Below are positions 38,691 to 47,051 of a stretch of 64,000 nucleotides of DNA, in pieces. The stretch is from a virus, in IMG/VR virus record IMGVR_UViG_3300037189_006220, positions 1 through 64,000 of that record. One strand, written 5' to 3'. Position 1 is the first letter of the stretch, and the number at the start of each line of letters is the position of its first letter. A program made the translations under genes and the position numbers. Under the pieces are notes generated by a model that ran no database searches, was not told where the DNA came from, and saw only the letters and a list, made by a program, of their open reading frames with translations.

Positions 38691-39338
38691 CTACGCGGAA
38701 ACCGTTTCCCGAGGGCAGTCGGCAAAGAGGTAGTCCTCGTCGCCCCACATACAACCACGGCACTCTTGGTCAAGTGCCTCGTAGTCGGCGTGGCTTGCTG
38801 GAATGTCCCACTCCTTTACAAGAGTAGCAACTCCGTTTTCGATTTCGATAATGCCACCCCAGCCCTGCTCTTCCTCGAAACGGATTTCGACGGAGAGTTC
38901 AGGATGCTGTTCTGCGAGCGCGTTCCATACCGGCATAGGCGTAGACCACGCCGTGTTGATTTGATATGAGATTGAGCCATCGCCGTAGTCGGAGAAGTCT
39001 TCCACGCCAGCGTCCCACTTGGTATTCCAGTTGGAGTTGTTCCACTCGTACCAGTTCCACTCCGTATCACCGAGGCGTTTTCCATCCTTGTACCCCGAGG
39101 TTGAGAAGTAGAGTTCCCACTTGTCTTTTGGCGGAGCAATCAAGTTCCAGAATGAGAAGTCGCCCTCGTCAGAAGTCTCGGGAATGTACCACTCGCCTTC
39201 GACATTTTCGGGGTAGTTCTGTCCCTCGACCAGCGTGGTCTTCTGTTCGGGACGCGGTGCGGAAATCTTGGCGCGGAACGCCTCGACATCCTCGGGCTTG
39301 CCTCCGATGGAGACATAGTTGTAAACCCAGTTTGGCAT
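38691..39338 (-). CDS. DUF1281/YubB-like protein
   Basis: MPNWVYN..WYEWNNSNWNTKWD..TAWSTP. Confidence 0.8.
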   Translation of the reverse strand: MPNWVYNYVSIGGKPEDVEAFRAKISAPRPEQKTTLVEGQNYPENVEGEWYIPETSDEGDFSFWNLIAPPKDKWELYFSTSGYKDGKRLGDTEWNWYEWNNSNWNTKWDAGVEDFSDYGDGSISYQINTAWSTPMPVWNALAEQHPELSVEIRFEEEQGWGGIIEIENGVATLVKEWDIPASHADYEALDQECRGCMWGDEDYLFADCPRETVSA

Positions 39339-39425
39339 TTCTTGTCCTTGTCGTTTGTCGTTTTATTGGAGGCGGTGTGCCTCTTAGATAACCTTACCAG
39401 TTATTGAGGCACACCGCAAGTTCTG

Positions 39426-39950
39426 TTAGAAGTGGAAGTCCACCGGAACGAGATACCAGTCCTCGGCGTTGCCGTCGGCAATATCTTGGAGAAGGTACTT
39501 GAGCGTCGCCGTGTGGTTCTCAAGGTCAAGGAAGAACGAGTTGCTATTCCAGTTCTCCATAACCATATCGAGAGCCTTGCTAACGCTGTACCCAGCCATA
39601 CTGAACCGCGTCTCCGCGTCAGGCTGACCTTCGGTAGCGATATAGTTCTCAATCGCCGCATTGAGGTCGTACTCTTCGACTGCTTTACGAAGGTAGTTCA
39701 TCTCCTCGACGCGATTGTGGCGAACGCGAGCAATCAGTTCCTCAAACTTGAGAGGGTCTTCGACATACGAGATTGTGTTGACCTCGGTGTCGTGGTACTG
39801 GCTGTCGCCAATAAAGCGTCCACCACCGACTACGAACCAGTCGTACCAGTTTCCGTATGGTCGCTCGTCGCCCTCAAGTATGAGTTTGACATTATCAGTT
39901 GCTTCCTCGGCACTTTCGTCCTTGACCGCAATAAATTGTAGAGTGTGAAT
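39426..39950 (-). CDS. Hypothetical protein, apparent ATT start
   Basis: Frame is open 83 codons upstream of the called ATG; SD sits 8 nt before ATT. Confidence 0.6.
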   Translation of the reverse strand: MHTLQFIAVKDESAEEATDNVKLILEGDERPYGNWYDWFVVGGGRFIGDSQYHDTEVNTISYVEDPLKFEELIARVRHNRVEEMNYLRKAVEEYDLNAAIENYIATEGQPDAETRFSMAGYSVSKALDMVMENWNSNSFFLDLENHTATLKYLLQDIADGNAEDWYLVPVDFHF

Positions 39951-40033
39951 GTTTCCATTCCTTTCGTCGTTTGTATAATACGAACTTAGCCTATGGGGGA
40001 GAACCTTGTCAAGTCCTCCCCCACAAGCGGAGA

Positions 40034-40234
40034 TTATGAGACGGAAACCCAGCTCATAGTGGTACGGAGCAAGTGGTCGTAGTCACCGGCAGTTGCCTCA
40101 GTGAAGTAAGCGTCGCACTCGTTCTTTGCCACGCCAGCCCGCTTGAGAGCATTGGAGACGCGACCAAGAATTGCGAAGGCGTTTCCATCTTCGCCAATGA
40201 GGTTGACCTCAACCTCGGGGTACTTTACGGACAT
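40034..40234 (-). CDS. Hypothetical phage protein (GEDGNAFAILG..GDYDHLL)
   Basis: Motif; cassette. Confidence 0.8.
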   Translation of the reverse strand: MSVKYPEVEVNLIGEDGNAFAILGRVSNALKRAGVAKNECDAYFTEATAGDYDHLLRTTMSWVSVS

Positions 40235-40371
40235 TGTGTTCCTTTCGTCGTTTCGGGCTTTCTGCCCTACTAACAAGATAGCAGCTAATGCGTACCTTGT
40301 CAAATCCTTTTTATATTAGATTTTTCCGTGTAAATCGTGGCATAAGAAAAGGCGGGTTTCCCCGCCCCTTC

Positions 40372-40779
40372 CTAGTATGCGACCTGCGTTACGTTCTTAC
40401 CGAGCGAGTGTGCGTAGGTGTCAATCTCTTTCGCGAGGTTGACCTCAAAGGTTTCGCCCTTGTTGTTGACCGCGAGCGCGTATCCCTGAAACCAGCGATA
40501 ACCCTCCGAGCCAACCTCCATCAAGATTGCTACCCAGTCGTCAGCGAGGTGTTCCGCGAGAACCTGCGTCCACTCGATTTCGAGTTCCATCATGTCGTCG
40601 GTGTAGTAGTTCCACGACCAGCCGTCGCCGTCCTGATTGTCACAGAGCGACCACAACTGCTGTTCGCCGTCCTTCTTGCCGACAACCTGAACCGGATAGT
40701 TTTCCATGTCGGCAAGGAACTTTGCCTCGTCCTTGACCGCGAAGTAGTTGGTTCGCGACTGTCCAATGTAGTTCGTCAT
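40372..40779 (-). CDS. Hypothetical protein
   Basis: SRTNYFAVKD..MEVGSE; cassette. Confidence 0.75.
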   Translation of the reverse strand: MTNYIGQSRTNYFAVKDEAKFLADMENYPVQVVGKKDGEQQLWSLCDNQDGDGWSWNYYTDDMMELEIEWTQVLAEHLADDWVAILMEVGSEGYRWFQGYALAVNNKGETFEVNLAKEIDTYAHSLGKNVTQVAY

Positions 40780-40957
40780 TTCATTTCCCTTCGTGGGCGT
40801 TTGCCCTCACTTAGACAATAGCAGCTGAATGCCATCCGTGTCAAATCCTTTCTATAGTAACTTTTTCCGTGTAAACCTTCAGCGGATTTTTACACGGAAA
40901 AACCATCGGGACAAAAAAGAAATCCCCCCGAAGGGGGATGAGGGGATTTCTCTTTTC

Positions 40958-41158
40958 CTAGTCGTCCAGTTCGTCGCAGAAACGGAATGTGTTTCCGTCG
41001 CTGTCTGACGTGTACGACTCGGTGGTTTCTGCATACTCAAACTCACCGTGGACTTCGATTTGAGCCTGAGCAAGTTGCTTAGCTTCGTCTTCGTTCTCAG
41101 CCTCGACGGTCACGGTGTGCGTAATCGTCTCTTCGTAGGTAACTTCGTATCGAGCCAT
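40958..41158 (-). CDS. Small acidic protein (VEAENEDEA motif)
   Basis: Cassette architecture. Confidence 0.7.
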   Translation of the reverse strand: MARYEVTYEETITHTVTVEAENEDEAKQLAQAQIEVHGEFEYAETTESYTSDSDGNTFRFCDELDD

Positions 41159-41212
41159 TTTGGTTCCCTTTCGTTGTTGGTAGTTCTAACTTACCGTATC
41201 GGTAAGCCGGTG

Positions 41213-41398
41213 TCAAATCGTACTTGCGATAGCGAGCGAGACAACTTTTCCGCCTCCGTCAATGACGGTAGTGTAGTCGCCTTTCCAAAACTTCTTGCTC
41301 GCCTCGTGAAAGTCTGTTGCCTCCACATTGACCACGCCAATGCTAGGCTTGCCATCTTTGAGCGAGATGCTGGTAGTGGTGATTTGGTAGGTAGCCAT
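41213..41398 (-). CDS. Hypothetical protein
   Basis: Cassette architecture. Confidence 0.65.
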   Translation of the reverse strand: MATYQITTTSISLKDGKPSIGVVNVEATDFHEASKKFWKGDYTTVIDGGGKVVSLAIASTI

Positions 41399-41535
41399 TT
41401 TGATTCCCTTCGTCATTTGGTGGTAGCGGTTGCTACATAACCTACTTTACTGGCGCACGCCACCCTTGTCAAGTTAGAGTTCCAGCCGGGAGCAAACAGG
41501 GGGAATAGGAAGGGTAGCCCCCGGCTGGAAGTTTG

Positions 41536-43359
41536 TTATCGGCGTGAGCCAATCGCGGTCAGAGCGTCCGCAGCTGCCTTGCCGATTGCGTCGGAGGCAC
41601 TCGTTGCCGAGCCTTCCATGCGAACGAACTTGGCGGTCTTGAGTCCGTCGGTAAACCGCTTGCCGAACATCGCGTCCTTGCCCGCTCCAATCCAAAGTAC
41701 CGCCACGCCTGACTGCTCACAACGCTTGAGCCACTTCTGCGCCGCGCGTACCTCGTTGCCACGGTAATAGCCGTCCGAGACGATAACCAAGAGCCTCGCC
41801 CCGGTTCCGTGGAGCAAGTTCATCTGACCGTCGAGTGCCATGAAAGCGTCGTCGAATCGCTCGGTTGCGTCCGGTGCCGAGTAGACGCGAACCTTCTCAA
41901 GGTGCTGACCGGGCTTGAGCGTAGCGAATACGCCCGAGCCGTAGTAGACCATGCTCGCCTTGCCCTGAATCCGTCGGACTGCCTCGGAGAGAATCCATGC
42001 GGCGCTCGCCATCGGTTTCATCGCGGAGTTCATCGAGCCGGAGATATCAACCATAACGCCAACGGTCAGCGTCGGGTCGTCTACGTTCTTGTGCTGTACG
42101 CGCTTGAAAGGCTGTTCGTTGCCGGTCAGCCCGCGAGACTTCAACGCCTCGCCCTGAACCAGCGCACGAGTGCGGAGTCGTCCCGGTGGGATATCGCTAC
42201 CCGAAACCACGCGGTCACGGTCACGGTACTTCGCCTTGTCGAGTGCCTTGCCAATCTTGACTGCCGAGGCTCGCTCGTCTGCCTTGGGCGCACGCTCTTC
42301 GACCAACTCGGAGTAAGTCGTAGCGCACTCGGTTGGGCCAGTCCCGGCACCGAATACTTCGCTCGCCTTTGCCTTAGCCTTGGAACGCTCCTCTGCCTTG
42401 GAGTTGGAAGACTCAACCTGTTCGCGGTAGTCCTCGGTGGTCTGCTGTTGCTCGACATCCATGTTGCCCTCAACCTCTGCGTTCTCAGCAGCATCCTTGA
42501 GTGCCTCCATGAGTGCCTTGGCAAACTTCTGTCCGGGAGTAGGCTCGCCACTCTCGCCCTCGCCAGCCTCGCCTTCGCCACCGCTCTCGCCCTCTTCCTC
42601 GCCAGCCTCTTCTTGAGCCTCAACGATAAGAGACTCCCAGAGTTCAGCCAGTTCGTACATGCGCTCAACGTGAGCCGTAGCGTCCAGAGTCTGGAACTCG
42701 CGCCATACACTGCGGAAGTCCTCGAACTTCTCGGGTGAGAGAACCGAATCCAGAATCGAACGGAAGACTTCAACATCGTCCTCAAGCAGAACGCCAGCGT
42801 CAACGCGAGCGTAGGTCAGTCCGAGAATGTGAGCTGCCTGTCGAACAGTAGACATCTTCGCCAGACCCTTCTCGTCAGTATCTCCGAGAACAATCTCCAG
42901 AGCGCAAGTACGCAGGAACGCCTTGTTGTCCGGGAAGTGCTGAATACCGCGTCGCTCAATGCGCGACTCCTCAAGAAGGTGGAGTGCCTCGAATGCTCGG
43001 GGAGTGAGTCGAGCCGCAGCTGTGGGCAAGTCCCACGTTGAGAACCGAGCGTGCATTGCCTCGTGGAAGATTGCGCCAGTTGCCTTGGGGAACTCGAACT
43101 GGTTGGTGCGCTGACGGAGGTCGCCAACCTGAACCGGGGTAACGTGACCGAAGGCAACAGTAGTGTTTACCTCGACCTGTGCGCTCGCCGGGTTGAAGGA
43201 CGCAGGTGCGCCGGAGGCTTTACTTGCCTCGCTCCCGATGTAAGCGATGATATCAGTGCGCTCTGCCCACTGGTTAACGATTGAACCAATCTGGCTACCA
43301 GTTGCGAGCCAGTCATAATCAGTTGCCGAAATCTCGACGGTAGTTCCGAAGTGCGTCAT
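41536..43359 (-). CDS. HExxH metallopeptidase-like plus VWA domain protein (MoxR partner)
   Basis: FHEAMHARFS, EESRIE, MIDAS DISGSM, VSDG. Confidence 0.9.
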   Translation of the reverse strand: MTHFGTTVEISATDYDWLATGSQIGSIVNQWAERTDIIAYIGSEASKASGAPASFNPASAQVEVNTTVAFGHVTPVQVGDLRQRTNQFEFPKATGAIFHEAMHARFSTWDLPTAAARLTPRAFEALHLLEESRIERRGIQHFPDNKAFLRTCALEIVLGDTDEKGLAKMSTVRQAAHILGLTYARVDAGVLLEDDVEVFRSILDSVLSPEKFEDFRSVWREFQTLDATAHVERMYELAELWESLIVEAQEEAGEEEGESGGEGEAGEGESGEPTPGQKFAKALMEALKDAAENAEVEGNMDVEQQQTTEDYREQVESSNSKAEERSKAKAKASEVFGAGTGPTECATTYSELVEERAPKADERASAVKIGKALDKAKYRDRDRVVSGSDIPPGRLRTRALVQGEALKSRGLTGNEQPFKRVQHKNVDDPTLTVGVMVDISGSMNSAMKPMASAAWILSEAVRRIQGKASMVYYGSGVFATLKPGQHLEKVRVYSAPDATERFDDAFMALDGQMNLLHGTGARLLVIVSDGYYRGNEVRAAQKWLKRCEQSGVAVLWIGAGKDAMFGKRFTDGLKTAKFVRMEGSATSASDAIGKAAADALTAIGSRR

Positions 43360-43492
43360 TTTGGTTTCCTATTCCCTTGTTTGACTTTGTATCTACAACT
43401 TACACCCTGCGAGCGCAAGTTGTCAAATCGTCGTTTAGAAAAGTGGGTGCCGGGGAAACGACGAAGAAAACCCGGCACCCGATTCCGGCGAA

Positions 43493-44533
43493 TTAGATTC
43501 GAGCCGGAAGTGCGCTCTCACCGTAGGCACGAGAGAAAACGTCCTGAACAATTGGACGGTCAATCTCGGGTGCTACTGCGAGAAGATTGGCGATTGCGAA
43601 CTTAGTACCGTAGAGGCTCTCGGTCTTCTTGAAGGCGAGAAGTTCACGGAACTGCGGTGCCCAACTTACCTCGTCAGAGGCTTGTTTCTTGGCGAGGTTC
43701 TGCGCGGCGGTTACTGCTTGAGTTGGTACTCCCAACTTACGAGCGAGCGACCAGTCAGTCGTCATTTCAACCTGCAAGGTGAAACGCGAGAGAAGAGCCT
43801 CGGACAAGCGCACGCCGGGTGCGTTCGGGTTGGTCGCGCCGACGACGTAGAAACCGTCCTTCGCCTTGACCACGCCACGCTCCGGGTTCGCCGTCACGTT
43901 GTACTCTTTGCGTCCGTCCATAAGACCGTACACAATCGAGAGAACCTTGGGGTCAATCAGACCGACCTCATCGATGAGCAGTGGGGCACCAGCCTCAGCT
44001 GCTTTGATAAGAGGTCCGTCCTGCCAAGACCAGTCGCCACCCTCGGTGCGAACGTAGCCACCAACAAGGTCAGCAACTTCGGTATCGCCCGAGCCAAGAA
44101 CCGTAAACAGTTCTTCGCCAAAAGCAGCCTCGACCAGAGCAGTCTTACCGCAACCGGGTGCGCCGTACAGCAGTACGAACAGCCCCTCGTTACGAGCAGT
44201 CTTGAGAACCGAGACATCCTCGATGTCAGTCCACTTCCGGGTGTAGTAGTAGTCACCATTGGGACGCAGGTACTTGTCCTTGGTCTCGCCAGTGTTAGCC
44301 ACGCCAGTCACAGCAGGAGCCTCCACAGTTCCAGAAGTCGAACGAGTGCGTGCAACGCTACCCTTGTTTGCGTACTCATTAAGGATAGCAGTTACGCCAA
44401 CCGAAGACTGCAACATGGTTGCCCCGAGCAGTGTAGTGAGACCGGGGAACAGGTGTTCCACGTTTGGTTCTTGCGTGACCTTGCGAGCCATGTCTGCGCG
44501 AAGGATTTCGCGATTAACAATTGTGTGTGTCAT
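43493..44533 (-). CDS. MoxR-family AAA+ ATPase
   Basis: GAPGCGKT, WQDGPL, LLIDE, ATNP, ALLSRF. Confidence 0.9.
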   Translation of the reverse strand: MTHTIVNREILRADMARKVTQEPNVEHLFPGLTTLLGATMLQSSVGVTAILNEYANKGSVARTRSTSGTVEAPAVTGVANTGETKDKYLRPNGDYYYTRKWTDIEDVSVLKTARNEGLFVLLYGAPGCGKTALVEAAFGEELFTVLGSGDTEVADLVGGYVRTEGGDWSWQDGPLIKAAEAGAPLLIDEVGLIDPKVLSIVYGLMDGRKEYNVTANPERGVVKAKDGFYVVGATNPNAPGVRLSEALLSRFTLQVEMTTDWSLARKLGVPTQAVTAAQNLAKKQASDEVSWAPQFRELLAFKKTESLYGTKFAIANLLAVAPEIDRPIVQDVFSRAYGESALPARI

Positions 44534-44577
44534 TTCTTGTCCTTTGATTTCGTCGTTTAGTTAACGCTGTTGCGTTA

Positions 44578-45072
44578 CTAGAGAGTGTACCCTGCTGGTG
44601 CAGGAGTTGTCAAACTGACCGGCTCATTGAAGAGCGAGTCAGTGAATCCTCCCTCTTTACGAGCAACCAGTACTCGGCGGAGCAAAGCGTTCGGAGTCTT
44701 GGTGTCCGCGATGTCCATGAGGTCGTCAGTGGTCATTTCAACCATGAGCGGAGTCTTGTACATCAACCACTCGCCAGCTGCATAGCCGGAGAGGAACGAG
44801 GCGATTTCTCGAACCAGTGGTGCAGCGAGGTCAACAGCAACCTCGTAGTTCATCTCTGGCTCCATGATTGGGTCAGCCTTGGAACTGTAGAAACGCCATG
44901 AGCGACGCTGAACAGTGGGGTCGATGTTACGAGTGAGCAGTACCATTTTCTGGCGCATGCCAGTAATCGGGTTCATCATCGGAGGGATGACGAGTACCTG
45001 TGACGTGTCGCGCCCACGGCGCATTTCCATGTACAGGGCATTGCCTACAATTTTCTTTGCCATGAGTGGCAT
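44578..45072 (-). CDS. Hypothetical protein
   Basis: 164 aa with the conserved leader motif. Confidence 0.7.
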   Translation of the reverse strand: MPLMAKKIVGNALYMEMRRGRDTSQVLVIPPMMNPITGMRQKMVLLTRNIDPTVQRRSWRFYSSKADPIMEPEMNYEVAVDLAAPLVREIASFLSGYAAGEWLMYKTPLMVEMTTDDLMDIADTKTPNALLRRVLVARKEGGFTDSLFNEPVSLTTPAPAGYTL

Positions 45073-45117
45073 TCCTTTCGTCGTTTTTGTCTTGCGCTTT
45101 CTGCGCTACTAGGTACC

Positions 45118-45375
45118 TTACACGACTACCGCTTGGATTGCAAATCCTAGACAACTATCGCATGTCGATACTGCATTGTGTTCCGAAACAAGAATCATTC
45201 CGGTGGGCGTTAAGTCAACGTCCTGAGAGAACTCTATCAGAGTATTGCATAGCTCGCAACTCATACTCAAGAACTCAGTGTTAGTAGCGTCGGGGCCGGA
45301 TTCGAGCAACCCAGCAATGTGCGCTAGCTCAACGTCGCGGGGAGATTTAACTACGTGTAGTTCTAGATGTTCCAT
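45118..45375 (-). CDS. Small CxxC protein
   Basis: CELC..CDSC. Confidence 0.5.
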   Translation of the reverse strand: MEHLELHVVKSPRDVELAHIAGLLESGPDATNTEFLSMSCELCNTLIEFSQDVDLTPTGMILVSEHNAVSTCDSCLGFAIQAVVV

Positions 45376-45532
45376 GCCCGAGAGTCTATTACATATTTTT
45401 CCGTGTAACTGGAATTGAAAAAGCCCCCCGCAGGAAGGCAAAACCGCGGGAGGCTCTTTCGTGTAAGAAGCGTGCACAACCTCGTTGTTGTACACGGAAA
45501 AAATCTATCACACTTTTCCGTGTACTGCTGAA

Positions 45533-45751
45533 CTATTTCACGTTTCGTTTATGTGCCCAGTCCTTGGTCATGTGGTAGTGACCTTTGTTGAAAGCGCATT
45601 GATAGATGCGGACAGACTTTGAAGCGATTTGTCCAACCAGTGCCTTACGAGCATCGTGCTTTGTGCGGTAGCTGACCTTATCGGCTTCCTCGCAGAAGTC
45701 GCGACGGAGTCGCTCGGTTCCTTCTTCGTTTCCGGTTTCGTAATGATTCAT
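45533..45751 (-). CDS. Small Zn-finger-like protein
   Basis: C..KVSY..A..RIYQC..HYHMT. Confidence 0.65.
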   Translation of the reverse strand: MNHYETGNEEGTERLRRDFCEEADKVSYRTKHDARKALVGQIASKSVRIYQCAFNKGHYHMTKDWAHKRNVK

Positions 45752-45763
45752 CTCGGTTCCCTT

Positions 45764-45979
45764 CTATCGGTTGATTATCCATGTCATCCCACTGTCATCG
45801 GTACGCAACTGCCCAGCTACGTGGCGCAACTGCATGATGGCACGGTTCGAAGACTGAGCATCCGGGTACGAGTCGAAGATGTACTGCCGTTGGTACCCGT
45901 TCTCACGGAACTTCTTCCGTTCCATCTCGAGCAGGTCGAGCAGGAAGGCGTGTAGGGATATCGGTTGCATGCGTCCCAT
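45764..45979 (-). CDS. Hypothetical protein
   Basis: 71-aa ORF below a TTGACC promoter. Confidence 0.55.
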   Translation of the reverse strand: MGRMQPISLHAFLLDLLEMERKKFRENGYQRQYIFDSYPDAQSSNRAIMQLRHVAGQLRTDDSGMTWIINR

Positions 45980-46011
45980 ACTACCCGCACGCCCCCCTCA
46001 GGTCAAGTCGG

Positions 46012-46803
46012 TCAATTACCGTTTACACGGAAAAAGTGCGGTTGGCGTTTCGCAAGCTCGGTTAGCGTGTGTTCGTCCGGTTCACCCGTTGCATTGATGA
46101 GTCCGATGCTCCGTTGGAACTTCGCGAGCGCGGACTTCGTCTTCGCGTTGAAGATGGCGCGGTCTGCGTTGCGTAGTCCAACTTCAGCGGAAAGCGCATA
46201 CTGAACCGCTTCAACCGCACGCCGTATATCCGGCTTGGCGCTCGCCGTTGCTTGAGCGGTGGTGCATCGGTTGAGATGTGCGGGGAGCACGGTTATTAAG
46301 TTTGATTTTTCCGTGTAACCGTTGGCGCTCGCCGGTTTCTTTTTCGGACGGGCAAATCCCAGAACGTCATACTCATGCCGTTGACGTTCATAGATTCCGT
46401 CATTAGCGGTTCCACCCTGCGGAAGTCCCGTTGAGACTTGCGCTTCCACTGAGCGGAACATACGGTGCTTCCGCCAGCTGGAAACATCGGTTACGATGCC
46501 AACGTGCGGAGCGGACATGTTGTCACCCGTTGTGAAGTTGAAGAACACAATATCACCCGGTTTAGGTACACGGAAAATACGGTTGCTCTGGATGTACTCT
46601 GCGAGCGCGGTTACCGTGTGCGCGTGCGAGATGCCGTTGTAGTCGGTTTCGTGTAGCACGGTATCAATGAAGGAACCGTCCCAGTTGAACTGCGAACCAT
46701 TATAACCCGTTGCTGAGCCGAACGGTGTTAGCCCGTTACGCGCGGTGAACCCGACGTAAGTGCTCGCCGTCTCTACTAGCGGGTGTGCCTTAAGCTTTCT
46801 CAT
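46012..46803 (-). CDS. CHAP/NlpC-like domain plus PG-binding domain, catalytic Cys apparently absent
   Basis: NWDGSFID (WC expected), PKPGDIVFF, HVGIV; C-terminal TKSALAKFQ..ATG. Confidence 0.7.
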   Translation of the reverse strand: MRKLKAHPLVETASTYVGFTARNGLTPFGSATGYNGSQFNWDGSFIDTVLHETDYNGISHAHTVTALAEYIQSNRIFRVPKPGDIVFFNFTTGDNMSAPHVGIVTDVSSWRKHRMFRSVEAQVSTGLPQGGTANDGIYERQRHEYDVLGFARPKKKPASANGYTEKSNLITVLPAHLNRCTTAQATASAKPDIRRAVEAVQYALSAEVGLRNADRAIFNAKTKSALAKFQRSIGLINATGEPDEHTLTELAKRQPHFFRVNGN

Positions 46804-46859
46804 CCGTCGATTTTTCCGTGTAAGGGTCGGGCACGCCTCGCCCGCAGGTGCACTGTCCG

Positions 46860-47051
46860 TTACACATTATAGGAACCCTTCTCTGCGTTACACAACGCTT
46901 CGAGCAATTCTACCAGACGGTTAGCCTCGAACGCAAGCTGAGTCAAGCGCACATGCTCAAGTCGAGTTGTTGCATTTTTAATGTCGCGTGAAAGATTATC
47001 CGCGTGCACCCTTGCGCTCGCCGTTACCTCTTCTAGCTCAGGCATCTTCAT
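46860..47051 (-). CDS. Small helical protein
   Basis: Overlaps the upstream stop. Confidence 0.55.
   Translation of the reverse strand: MKMPELEEVTASARVHADNLSRDIKNATTRLEHVRLTQLAFEANRLVELLEALCNAEKGSYNV

Larger units (their letters stand above)
20925..46823. repeat. Dispersed motif (T)TACACGGAAAA, about 30 copies in both orientations
   Basis: Approximate positions 20925, 21352, 22565, 23586, 23990, 24856, 25379, 26823, 31450, 32041, 33620, 35440, 36262, 37194, 37851, 40322, 40863, 40890, 45397, 46023, 46307, 46812. Confidence 0.9.

Noticed and set aside
41809-44560. Long plus-strand ORFs (309 and 292 aa)
   Set aside because: Antisense to the clearly conserved VWA and MoxR genes
20200-45100. 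Integron cassette array
   Set aside because: No integrase or attC pattern seen, and each gene has its own promoter
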